From: an uncultured Candidatus Saccharibacteria bacterium
Lineage (GTDB): Bacteria > Patescibacteriota > Saccharimonadia > Saccharimonadales > JAUPVS01
Reading direction: 5' to 3'
DNA: 64,000 nt
Assembly: GCA_964410185.1 (NCBI GenBank)
Contig: CAYPFM010000002.1
Location: 6,047-70,046 of the forward strand
The notes below the pieces were generated by a model that saw only the letters and a program-made list of their open reading frames with translations, did no database searches and was not told the DNA's origin. Shown piece after piece: positions 7,590 to 16,743 of the stretch (within the stretch, counting starts at the first letter, position 1; every line of letters starts with the position of its first letter). Made by a program: the position numbers and the translations under genes.

Positions 7590-8342
7590 ATGTTTACCAG
7601 AGTTAAGACCCCAGCCGAAATTGCGGCCATGCGCACCAGCGGTCATATGCTGGCCACGGTGTTGCAGTACCTTCGGAAAGAAATAAAAGCCGGCCAGACC
7701 ACCAAAGATTTGGCCAATCTGGCAGCAACGCGCCTAGAGGAACTCGGTGGTAAACCAGCCTTTTTGGGTTACCATGGCTTCCCCGACGTCATCTGTATCT
7801 CTGTTAACGACGAGGTCGTACACGGTATCCCCGGTGACATGGTGCTGAAGAACGGTGACGTGGTTGGTTTAGACTTTGGCGTGGTTTACGACGGTATGAT
7901 CACCGATGGGGCGATTACCGTTATCGTCGGCGGTAAGGCCGACAAGAAGGTCATGGAGTTGGTCCGCGACACCGAAGCCTCGATGCTGACCGGTATCGAA
8001 ACGCTGCGCGACGAAGTGCGCGTTGGTGATATTGGTTTTGCGGTTGAAGCCGTTCTGAACAAGGGTGGTTACGGGATTGTTCGAGATTTGGTTGGTCACG
8101 GTGTTGGTCATCAGTTGCACGAGGACCCCAATATTCCCAACTACGGGCGTCACGGCAATGGCCCAACGCTCCGAGCCGGCATGACGATTGCCATTGAGCC
8201 AATGGCCACCCTTGGCGGTGATGACGTCGTGGTAGCCGACGATGGCTGGACCATTCAGACGCGCGACGGCTCGCTGTCGGCTCACTTTGAGCACACTATC
8301 TTGATTACAAAGGATGGCTACGAAATTTTGACCCAGGTGTAG
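7590..8342 (+). CDS. map: Type I methionine aminopeptidase
   Basis: Metal-ligand context VVHGIPG, DFGVVYDGMITD, GHGVGHQLHE, EPM and EHTILIT. Confidence 0.92.
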   Translation: MFTRVKTPAEIAAMRTSGHMLATVLQYLRKEIKAGQTTKDLANLAATRLEELGGKPAFLGYHGFPDVICISVNDEVVHGIPGDMVLKNGDVVGLDFGVVYDGMITDGAITVIVGGKADKKVMELVRDTEASMLTGIETLRDEVRVGDIGFAVEAVLNKGGYGIVRDLVGHGVGHQLHEDPNIPNYGRHGNGPTLRAGMTIAIEPMATLGGDDVVVADDGWTIQTRDGSLSAHFEHTILITKDGYEILTQV

Positions 8343-8357
8343 GATAAGCGCTATACT
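8328..8357 (+). promoter_or_regulatory. Promoter of ftsA (leaderless arrangement)
   Basis: TTGACC-N18-TATACT lies inside the map 3' end. Exactly 6 nt (GCTTGC) separate the -10 from ATG 8364. Confidence 0.55.
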
Positions 8358-8363
8358 GCTTGC

Positions 8364-9602
8364 ATGCGTGATTCTTCACCGAGCCATTTCATCGGGCTTG
8401 ATATTGGTACCAGCACTGTTCGATGTGTGATTGGTATGCTCGAAGAAGGTGGTCGGCTAGCAGTTATCGGCCATGGCAGCGCCCCCAACATCGGTATGCG
8501 CAAAGGCGCTATCGTTCACATTGATGATGTTATCGAATCGGTGGTGCAAGCTGTAACAGAGGCCGAGCGCCTGTCTGGCATTCAAGTCCACCGGGCCACC
8601 GTTAACATCAATGGCTCACACGTCATGGGGATGAATTCTAAGGGCGTTATTGCCATCAGCGCCGCTAACAGGGAGATTACGGTAGAAGACCGCCTACGGG
8701 TCGAAGAAGCTGCCACAATTGTAAAATTACCGCCTAACAGAGAGATCATTCAGGTCTTTGCCAAGAACTACCGCCTGGACGGCCAGGACAACATCAAGGA
8801 TCCGGTTGGCATGCGTGGCGTTCGCCTTGAGGTGGACACCCATATCGTGACCGCCGCCACCCCTAATATGCGCAGTTTAGACATCGTCCTCGACAAGGCT
8901 CATGTCCAAGCCTCGCACCACACGGTCAGCAGCCTAGCTGCTGCCGAGGCGGTGTTGAACCGCCAACAAAAGGAAGCCGGCACCATTTTGCTCGACATTG
9001 GCGCTGGTACCACCAATCTGGCCGTTATTGAAGACGGTGAGGTCCAGCACGTGGCCGTTATCCCAATCGGGGGTATCCATATTACCAACGATCTGGCAAT
9101 TGGCCTTAAAACCGACCTAGACGTGGCTGAGGCCGTAAAGTTGGAGCATGCCACCCTCGGCAAGCCCAAGAAGTCGGTCGCCAAGGTAACTGTCGACGGT
9201 GTCGAGCACAGTTTTGATAGTGAAGAAGTTCAGATGATCACCGAAGCCCGCGTCGAAGATCTTTTGGAGTACGTCGACAAGGAGCTCAAGAAGATTCAGC
9301 GTTCCCGTAAACTCCCTGGTGGGGTGGTTATTACCGGTGGCACCTCCAAGTTGCCCGGCCTGGCTAGCTTCACCAAAGAAAAACTACAGCTGGCGGCCCG
9401 AATTGGCCAACTCCAAGCTGTTGGCGGGCTCATGGACACGGTTGAAGACCCCAGTTACTACACGGCCGTTGGCCTGATGACCCTGGACATGCTGCTCATG
9501 CCCCTCGGCGACGGTGGTCACCGCCAACTCGGGGAACAGTCCAGCGCCGCCGTTATGGGCTTTTTGGACGGCATTATGCGCCGCATTAAACCAAAGCGTT
9601 AA
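8364..9602 (+). CDS. ftsA: Cell division protein FtsA
   Basis: Actin-fold motifs GLDIGTSTVRCVIG and LLDIGAGTTNLAVIEDG. 412 aa, upstream of ftsZ. Confidence 0.9.
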   Translation: MRDSSPSHFIGLDIGTSTVRCVIGMLEEGGRLAVIGHGSAPNIGMRKGAIVHIDDVIESVVQAVTEAERLSGIQVHRATVNINGSHVMGMNSKGVIAISAANREITVEDRLRVEEAATIVKLPPNREIIQVFAKNYRLDGQDNIKDPVGMRGVRLEVDTHIVTAATPNMRSLDIVLDKAHVQASHHTVSSLAAAEAVLNRQQKEAGTILLDIGAGTTNLAVIEDGEVQHVAVIPIGGIHITNDLAIGLKTDLDVAEAVKLEHATLGKPKKSVAKVTVDGVEHSFDSEEVQMITEARVEDLLEYVDKELKKIQRSRKLPGGVVITGGTSKLPGLASFTKEKLQLAARIGQLQAVGGLMDTVEDPSYYTAVGLMTLDMLLMPLGDGGHRQLGEQSSAAVMGFLDGIMRRIKPKR

Positions 9603-9613
9603 CTGGGACGACC

Positions 9614-9997
9614 ATGAATAAAAAGATTAAAATTGCCTTAATCGAAGATGACCAGGCTATTGTTCAGATGTATACCATGCGCTTTGGCTTTAGCGACGAC
9701 CTCGAGGTCAAAGTGGCCAACGACGGCGCCAGTGGTCTGGAACTGATTAAAAACTACCAGCCAGACGTTATTCTGCTGGATATGATGATGCCGACCATGA
9801 GCGGGGCGGAGATGCTCACGCAATTGCGGGCTCTGCCAAACGGCACCGACTACCGGGTTATTGCTCTGACAAACATGAAAGATGATGACATTATGGCCAG
9901 AATCAACAGATTGGGCGTGCAATATTACCTGGTAAAGGCCGAGATACCACCCGAGCAAATCGAGGCTCATATTCGCGAACTGGCTTCCAAAAACTAA
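9614..9997 (+). CDS. Stand-alone response-regulator receiver domain protein (CheY-like, 127 aa)
   Basis: Contains the acidic pocket IEDD, phospho-acceptor context VILLDMMMP, ALTN and a conserved Lys (YLVKA). No output domain. Confidence 0.85.
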   Translation: MNKKIKIALIEDDQAIVQMYTMRFGFSDDLEVKVANDGASGLELIKNYQPDVILLDMMMPTMSGAEMLTQLRALPNGTDYRVIALTNMKDDDIMARINRLGVQYYLVKAEIPPEQIEAHIRELASKN

Positions 9998-10036
9998 CCC
10001 CTAATCGTCATTGCACAACTTTTGTATCCAAAGCGG

Positions 10037-10065
10037 TTGTTTATATCTGTTATAACTACTATAAT
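10037..10065 (+). promoter_or_regulatory. Promoter of the giant sensor kinase gene
   Basis: TTGTTT-N17-TATAAT. It also contains TCTGTTATAAC (extended -10-like). Confidence 0.5.
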
Positions 10066-10112
10066 TAACCATAGGCGCTTTAGGCGTCGAATCAAACAAA
10101 AAAACCAAAACA

Positions 10113-13100
10113 ATGAGACGCGGCAAAAAACTATTGTCATTCGCGGCCAGTTTACTACTATTGGCTAGTTTGTTGTTGCCTCTTATAACCCCTGGTAAAG
10201 CCCATGCCGATCCCGGCCCCCCAGGTCAGACCAAGTGGTCATCCATACCGATTACTACCTGTCAGCAGCTGCAAGATATTAACAATGATTTAACCGCCAC
10301 CTACACACTGAGCAACAACCTTAACTGTACCGGCTTTGGTTTTATCACTATTGGCGAAGATGGGAGCGGTGTTCCGACCGGGAGTTTTGAGGGTCGTCTA
10401 TATGGGCAAGGGCACACTATTAGCGGGCTGGACGTATCATTGTTCAGATCGGTTGTGTATGGTGTTGTGGCTAATTTGAACTTGTCATCGAGCCTGAGCT
10501 TTAGTGCGAGCCATGAGGTTTCGGGTTTTCTGGCCAAACAAATCAGCGCGGCAGTGGTGAGTGATGTGCATGTTACTGGTGCAGCTACCATGAACTGGCT
10601 CGGCGTTGGTGTTGGTGGTTTGGTCGGGAGCGCTACCAATGTATCCATCATTAGGTCATCGGCAGTGGTGAGCATGGGGGGAACGGCAGGATCGACCGAG
10701 TATGGGGGGCTTGTTCTATACGGGGACAATGTTCAAATACGGGATAGCTATGCGGTAAGCACGATGGCTATAAGCACAATGAGCGTAGAGCACGCCGGTG
10801 GCCTCTTGGTGTATGGTGTCAACGTCAGCATTACTAATTCTTATGCCAGTGGGACGATTGACGTCCCCGGTAATATACACGAAATTGGCGGTCTGGCTTG
10901 GTATAACCAGGGCACGGGCGCACACGTAACCAATAGTTTTAGCACACTTCAGGGGGTGGGCCTGTGTAACGGTGGGCAGAGCTGTACTGGTCTGGTTACG
11001 TTTGCCAATGATAGCTTAGATCTTTCTTCGGATTATTTTGATCAGACGGTCGTGGGGACCAGCCTGTGTACGAGCAGCGTAACCAATACCATCTGTCATC
11101 GCGTTAACACCGACGGCTCTCAGAGTAATTATTTTAACAGTAATTCAACCAACCCACCTCTGAACGGTTGGGATTTTAGCAGTACTTGGGTGACAACGGC
11201 GGGTCTACCAACCCTACGCAGCTTTTCTAATCCCTCACCCCAGCCGGGCCCAGTTGCGCAACTTACCACCAGTATCGGTTCGCCAACCGCTGTTAACTTG
11301 AACTGGGCGTTGCCGGCCAGCACCGGTTCAGCACCATTACTAGCCGAACAGGTTAATTACCAGAAGGTTGGCGAAACAACTTGGCAAAAGGTTTCGGCGA
11401 CGGATATTAATTCCTACTCATCTTCGGCGACTAATTTTTCTGGTACCAGTTTGGCAGTGACCGGTTTGCTGCCCAATACAAGCTATAACTTTGAGGTGGT
11501 TTTGTATAACCAAGACGGTTACTTTTCGACCGCGACTGCCACTGGTGTTACAGCAACGCCAGGCTTCGCCGTCATCAATACCTGCCAACAACTACAAGCT
11601 GTGACAAACGGCTTGTATGATAACTATGAACTAGGGCGAAACATTGACTGTAGCGACTCTATTAACTGGGGTGGTGGGCAGGGTTTTGTGCCCATTGGCT
11701 GTAACCCAGCTGGAGGGGAGGCCTACGGTAACTTCTTTGGTACGTTTGAGGGAAACAACTACACGATTAGTAACATTCACGTTGATGGCGGGTTGATGTG
11801 TAACGCAAAGGCAATCTTTGGTGCCACCAACGATGCGCTGATTCAAGATGTTAACATCGTTAATCCGGTTATTAAGGGAAGCGCGTCGAATAACTATTCA
11901 AACGCGGTGCTGGTGAGTGCCGACAAGGGGAGTACCCTAAGTAATATTCATATTAGCGGTGACGTACTGGGTGACGATAATCTGATCATTGCTGGCTTGG
12001 TAGCCATTACAAGCGGCACGGCAGCGACTAATATCAGCCGAGTAAGCTTTACCGGTAGCATTAACGCACAACTTACTACGGTGGGTGGTTTTGGTGGTTT
12101 GATTGGCTACCAGCAAGCGCCAGTCGTCATCAGCGATAGCTACGCGCAAATTAATATTACTGATGTTAGTAGCTACGCCTACGGTGGCTACATCGGTGGT
12201 TTGGTCGCCTATAGTTCAGCCCCTATTAACGTAACTCATAGCTACGCTTCGCTAAACTTTGATGGCAGTGGTAGCGTGACTGCCGATGGTACTCTGTTGG
12301 CGATAGGGGGGTTGATTGGCTATACGCCCGACACAGCTCCAACTTTAACCGGTAACTTTGCCCGGACCCAGATTGTAGGCTTTAGCGGCAATCCCGTAAG
12401 TTTTGGTGGAATGGTGGGCGTTATCAGTAACTCTAATCCTGGAGGTGGTTCTCCTCCAATCGACTTCAGTGGTAACTACTTTGATGCCGATCTGATTGGA
12501 ACCAATCAATGTGCGGGCAGTTTAGTGGGAGGGGACAGTATCTACGCCCACCCGGCTACCTGTACCGCTATCAGTGGTCAGCCAAACTACTTCAATAATA
12601 ATTCAACTAATCCGCCCCTTGATAGTTGGGATTTTAACAACATCTGGGAGATTACTAGTACGTTACCGGTGTTTGGGCGAAAGGTGCTGACAACTGTAAC
12701 TCCTATTCCTGCCAACCGACTGGTATCAAGAAGGCCCAAGACTGCTAGCCGAACAACCATCCCAGCGCAAACGGTTGCTCCTCAGCCGGTGAACATATCT
12801 ACCCTTCCTCGTGCCGAAGTGCGAGTAACTACTAGTTCAACACCTTCGGCGCCACAGGGTATTATCGCCCAGCTGCGGCGACTGGTGAGCCGCGTGCCAG
12901 CAGTGGTGCTGGTGAACTTCCCATATGCTCTGTTTGGGCTGCTGCTTCTGGCGGCATTAGCATTGCTGATTGAGGTAGCACGCCAAACAAAACGACTGCA
13001 GCATCTGAACGTGTTGTTAGAAAAGCAACGCTCTGTGGCCGAAAAGCGGGACACTTTCTGGCACCTGGCTGCTAATTACTTACGGGCGCCAATTACTCTG

Positions 13101-14240
13101 CTGATGGGTGGCGCCGATTTGTTAGCCCTTAGCAAGCTTGATTCACGCGAGGCACATCAGTTAACAACACTGAGCCAACGGTTACAAACCAAGGTTGCAA
13201 GCATCATGCATCAGATTGAGCACAGTCGTACCTTGCAAAACATTAAAACGCCCGCCGCCGAGAAACCCCATAGGGTATGGCGTTCAGTTGGATTTTGGCT
13301 ACCAGTTGTTACTGTGGCGGTTTTAATGGTTCTAACCGATTATGTGGCTCAATCGTGGCGAGATTTGCACTTGAGCACAATTAGCCTGACGACCCAGGCG
13401 CTGGCCTATTTGCTAGCCGCCCTGGCTCTGTACTGGGTGCTCAGCGCCTTGGGCTTAGTAAGTCGACGTCGCCGCAATGCTGAGCGTTTGCTACAGCAGC
13501 AATCACAGGCACTTGATGCGGCACGCTTGCGCCTCATGCGCCAGACCGCTACCGAGCTCGATGCCGACGTCAATCATCTGCAAACTGTTTTGCTCAATCT
13601 TTCGTCCAACACACAGGCCAAGCCAATCATGCAAGAGGGCGCCAGCCGTCTCCGCCACTTGGTTGATAGCTTCCAGCTATTGATTAGTGCCCAGAACCAT
13701 CGCCTGGGTGGCCTGTCGCCGGCTGGCGCCCACACCAACCTCGACCACGTCCTAAAGTTTAGCTTAGCCGAACTTGAGCCCAAGATTACTGCCAAAAACT
13801 TAACTGTTAAGTTGCCTGCTCAGCAACGCCTACAAGTGCCGGGCAACGCTGATCTTAACAGTCAGGTTGTCAGTAGTATTTTGTCTAACGCCATTGCGTT
13901 TAGTCCATCTGGTAGCACTATTCGCGTACGTGTTGAGCAGACCGATTCGGGCGCCCATTTACAAATTACCGATCACGGTCCAGGCATTACTCCAGCTCAA
14001 CAAGCCCACCTCTTTGAGCCGTTTACTAAAGCCGACGGCCAAACAGGCTTGCAGCTTGACCACGACGGCCTGGGTATTAATCTCTATCTGGATCGCCAAA
14101 TTATGAATTACTTGGGTGGACGCATTGGCGTTGAGAGTACTCCCGGTCAAGGAACGACCGTTGAACTTGTTTGGCCCCAAACCACCGGTTCTGCGGCTCA
14201 TCCGGGCACACTGGTACACCCACAAACATCGGTCGCTTAA
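10113..14240 (+). CDS. Giant sensor histidine kinase-like protein. Order: signal peptide, two GLUG-repeat modules separated by an Fn3-like domain, 3 TM helices, C-terminal HATPase_c.
   Basis: Signal peptide ends AHA. There are repeated GGLVG..I..SYA (GLUG-like) units in two ~370-aa modules; each module starts TCQQLQ and ends NYFN.NSTNPPL..WDF. The ATPase boxes are SNAIAFSP (N), DHGPGI (G1), LFEPF (F) and GLGINL (G2). The HisKA-like segment is FWHLAANYLRAPIT. Confidence 0.8.
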   Translation: MRRGKKLLSFAASLLLLASLLLPLITPGKAHADPGPPGQTKWSSIPITTCQQLQDINNDLTATYTLSNNLNCTGFGFITIGEDGSGVPTGSFEGRLYGQGHTISGLDVSLFRSVVYGVVANLNLSSSLSFSASHEVSGFLAKQISAAVVSDVHVTGAATMNWLGVGVGGLVGSATNVSIIRSSAVVSMGGTAGSTEYGGLVLYGDNVQIRDSYAVSTMAISTMSVEHAGGLLVYGVNVSITNSYASGTIDVPGNIHEIGGLAWYNQGTGAHVTNSFSTLQGVGLCNGGQSCTGLVTFANDSLDLSSDYFDQTVVGTSLCTSSVTNTICHRVNTDGSQSNYFNSNSTNPPLNGWDFSSTWVTTAGLPTLRSFSNPSPQPGPVAQLTTSIGSPTAVNLNWALPASTGSAPLLAEQVNYQKVGETTWQKVSATDINSYSSSATNFSGTSLAVTGLLPNTSYNFEVVLYNQDGYFSTATATGVTATPGFAVINTCQQLQAVTNGLYDNYELGRNIDCSDSINWGGGQGFVPIGCNPAGGEAYGNFFGTFEGNNYTISNIHVDGGLMCNAKAIFGATNDALIQDVNIVNPVIKGSASNNYSNAVLVSADKGSTLSNIHISGDVLGDDNLIIAGLVAITSGTAATNISRVSFTGSINAQLTTVGGFGGLIGYQQAPVVISDSYAQINITDVSSYAYGGYIGGLVAYSSAPINVTHSYASLNFDGSGSVTADGTLLAIGGLIGYTPDTAPTLTGNFARTQIVGFSGNPVSFGGMVGVISNSNPGGGSPPIDFSGNYFDADLIGTNQCAGSLVGGDSIYAHPATCTAISGQPNYFNNNSTNPPLDSWDFNNIWEITSTLPVFGRKVLTTVTPIPANRLVSRRPKTASRTTIPAQTVAPQPVNISTLPRAEVRVTTSSTPSAPQGIIAQLRRLVSRVPAVVLVNFPYALFGLLLLAALALLIEVARQTKRLQHLNVLLEKQRSVAEKRDTFWHLAANYLRAPITLLMGGADLLALSKLDSREAHQLTTLSQRLQTKVASIMHQIEHSRTLQNIKTPAAEKPHRVWRSVGFWLPVVTVAVLMVLTDYVAQSWRDLHLSTISLTTQALAYLLAALALYWVLSALGLVSRRRRNAERLLQQQSQALDAARLRLMRQTATELDADVNHLQTVLLNLSSNTQAKPIMQEGASRLRHLVDSFQLLISAQNHRLGGLSPAGAHTNLDHVLKFSLAELEPKITAKNLTVKLPAQQRLQVPGNADLNSQVVSSILSNAIAFSPSGSTIRVRVEQTDSGAHLQITDHGPGITPAQQAHLFEPFTKADGQTGLQLDHDGLGINLYLDRQIMNYLGGRIGVESTPGQGTTVELVWPQTTGSAAHPGTLVHPQTSVA

Positions 14241-14279
14241 CAGCTGTCCCACACTTCCTCCTCGCCAACTACACCCCAC

Positions 14280-14420
14280 GGCATACCATTTAATCTATTC
14301 TTAATGTTTCAGATTAACTTTGTTAATAGTTAAGAGGTTTTTAATTAAAAACCTCTTAACATTCCTTCAATTATTAAAATACTTAACAAACATTATTAAA
14401 ACCAGATTAAATGGTATGCC
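14280..14420. repeat. 141-bp AT-rich palindromic element with 17-bp perfect terminal inverted repeats and a central 30-bp perfect palindrome
   Basis: The TIRs are GGCATACCATTTAATCT (14280-14296) and AGATTAAATGGTATGCC (14404-14420). The central palindrome TTAAGAGGTTTTTAATTAAAAACCTCTTAA spans 14330-14359. It shares CAGATTAA and TTAATCT..TTCTTA words with the MITE-like family. Confidence 0.65.
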
Positions 14421-14547
14421 AAATGGCATAGCTTGCTGGAAGGAGTGTTGGAGTAGGATTGTGTTGAGCAGGGTGGATACAAAAAATGGGCATCGGCGGC
14501 CGGGCCGGACACAAAATTTGACATGGCTCAATGCGGCCGCAGGTTGG

Positions 14548-14576
14548 TTGAACTCTTTTTTTGGTTGCTGTATACT
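14548..14576 (+). promoter_or_regulatory. Promoter of ftsZ
   Basis: TTGAAC-N17-TATACT, 38 nt upstream of ATG 14615, with GAAGGGG Shine-Dalgarno in between. Confidence 0.55.
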
Positions 14577-14614
14577 CCAAAGAGTAAACTAGAGTTGTAA
14601 GAAGGGGAAAATAC

Positions 14615-15916
14615 ATGCCACAAGTTGCTCCAGCTATCGAGACGTTTGCCCGTATTAAGGTGGTAGGCGTTGGCGGAGCCGGTGGGGCCGCTGTTAACCG
14701 CATGATTGAAGCCGGTGTTGACGGTGTTGAATTCATCGTCATTAATACTGATGCGCAAGCCCTTCATCACTCTAAGGCTCAACATAAAATTCATATTGGC
14801 AAGGAAGCCACTCGTGGCTTAGGGGCAGGTGCTGACCCAAGTATGGGCGAAAAGGCGGCCGAAGAATCTCGCGAAGAGATTACCAAGGCGATTCAAGGGG
14901 CTGACATGGTCTTTGTCACCTTGGGAGCTGGTGGCGGTACTGGTTCGGGCGCTGGTCATATTGTGGCGCAGATTGCTCAACAGAATGGTGCGCTAGTTGT
15001 GGGCTTTGCTACTCGACCATTCGCTTTTGAGGGCGAGAAGCGCCGCCGTAACGCCGACGTTGCCATTGCCAACCTGCGTGGCTCGGTCGACACTTTGATT
15101 ACGATTCCTAATGACCGACTGCTTCAGACTATCGACCGCAGCACGCCGCTGCTAGAGGCCTTTAAGGTTGCCGATGATGTCTTACGACAGGGCGTCCAGG
15201 GTATTTCTGACCTGATTACCGTACACGGCCTGATTAACCTCGACTTTGCCGATGTGAAGACGGTTATGAAGAACGCCGGTTCAGCCCTGATGGGTATTGG
15301 TCGTGCCAGTGGTGAAGACCGGGCTGTGAAGGCGGCGCAACAGGCGATTGAATCACCATTGCTGGAGATTTCGATTGATGGCGCCCGCGGTATTCTGTTT
15401 AACGTTATCGGTGGTAACGATATCTCGATGCACGAAATCAACACCGCTGCCGAGGCGATTACCAATGCTGCTGACCCAGATGCCAACATTATCTTTGGTG
15501 CTACCATCAACCCAGAGGTGGAAGGCGAAATTATTATTACTGTTGTCGCTACCGGCTTTGACGACACCTACTATGCCAATCGGCAGACCCCTAAGAAAGA
15601 TTTGGCTAAGCTGGCCGAAGAAGAGGCCAAGAAAGAAGCCGAAGCTGCCGCCGATCCGCAAGATGTTGAAACCATTAACATGTCGCTTGATGACAGCACG
15701 ACGCTGACTGGAGCCGACGACTTTCACGCTGATCCGTCAGATGTGCCAAACATCTGGACGCTCAACCCCGACGCAGCCGATAAGCACGAGGACGACAAAC
15801 CCGAACTCGCGCCAACTGACACAGAAGAAGAACGAGCCATGGACGAACCATCATTTTTAAAACGTTTACGAAACAAGCGCAAGAACAAGCCCGAAAAAAC
15901 AGATACAAACGACTAG
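14615..15916 (+). CDS. ftsZ: Cell division protein FtsZ
   Basis: Tubulin signature GGGTGSGA, plus NTDAQAL and a C-terminal acidic/basic tail. GAAGGGG Shine-Dalgarno lies upstream. Confidence 0.95.
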   Translation: MPQVAPAIETFARIKVVGVGGAGGAAVNRMIEAGVDGVEFIVINTDAQALHHSKAQHKIHIGKEATRGLGAGADPSMGEKAAEESREEITKAIQGADMVFVTLGAGGGTGSGAGHIVAQIAQQNGALVVGFATRPFAFEGEKRRRNADVAIANLRGSVDTLITIPNDRLLQTIDRSTPLLEAFKVADDVLRQGVQGISDLITVHGLINLDFADVKTVMKNAGSALMGIGRASGEDRAVKAAQQAIESPLLEISIDGARGILFNVIGGNDISMHEINTAAEAITNAADPDANIIFGATINPEVEGEIIITVVATGFDDTYYANRQTPKKDLAKLAEEEAKKEAEAAADPQDVETINMSLDDSTTLTGADDFHADPSDVPNIWTLNPDAADKHEDDKPELAPTDTEEERAMDEPSFLKRLRNKRKNKPEKTDTND

Positions 15917-15954
15917 TTTTGTACTAAATATTACACCAAAGAAGTGCTTGCAAA

Positions 15955-16003
15955 GCACCATAGATAGGGCTATCATTTAAAGTACAAGCGCTATATATGG
16001 TGG
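15955..16003 (+). promoter_or_regulatory. Putative tandem NrdR boxes upstream of nrdR-nrdJ
   Basis: GCACCATAGATAGGGC (15955-70) matches the remembered consensus acaCwAtATaTwGtgt at 11/16 positions, and GCGCTATATATGGTGG (15988-16003) at 12/16. Their centres are ~33 bp apart. Confidence 0.4.
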
Positions 16004-16167
16004 AGGGTACCACTGAAAACGCTCGCACGTTCAGAAACAAACAGTCACAAAAACGAATCGAAACAAGAGAACAATACCGAATAGCTGGATACAAAAGCGT
16101 ATCCAGATTGTCGGGCTCTCTTAGAAACGCTTCGTATAACAGACTGTACATAATAGGAGGGGAGAGC

Positions 16168-16641
16168 ATGAAGTGTAATCAATGCCATCATCCCGATACA
16201 AAAGTAATCGAGTCACGCGACGTGGCTGACGGTAGCGCTATTCGGCGCCGACGCCAGTGCAACCACTGTGATTATCGGTTCACTACCTATGAGCGCCTAG
16301 AACGGCCGCAGCTGATCGTCATTAAGAATGATGGCACCAGACAGCTGTTTAGCCGTGAAAAGCTGCTCAGTGGGTTGTATCGGGCATGTGAAAAGACTCC
16401 TGTCACGAGTGTTCAACTTGAACGAGTAGTCACCGATATCGAAAACCAGCTGTATGCTTGTGGCGAAATCGAGATTTCTTCAACCAAGATTGGAACAGAG
16501 GTGATGGAGCAGCTTGCAGCGCTGAATGAGGTAGCCTACGTCCGTTTTGCGAGTGTTTACCGACGATTTAAAGATATCGCCGGGTTCGAAAAAGAACTTT
16601 CGCAGATCCGTGACATCAAGGCAGCTCAAGTTAAGCAATAA
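16168..16641 (+). CDS. nrdR: Transcriptional repressor NrdR
   Basis: MKCNQCHH...CNHC zinc ribbon followed by an ATP-cone. AGGAGGGGAG lies upstream of ATG 16168. The ORF-track 5' extension was rejected. Confidence 0.9.
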   Translation: MKCNQCHHPDTKVIESRDVADGSAIRRRRQCNHCDYRFTTYERLERPQLIVIKNDGTRQLFSREKLLSGLYRACEKTPVTSVQLERVVTDIENQLYACGEIEISSTKIGTEVMEQLAALNEVAYVRFASVYRRFKDIAGFEKELSQIRDIKAAQVKQ

Positions 16642-16743
16642 GCGCAGGCTCAAGGGTTCAAAAGGGTTCAAACAAAAACATCAAAAAATTAAATACTAAA
16701 ACCTTATGTGTGAGAGCAAGAGGGGTAAAAGGGGATAAAAGAC

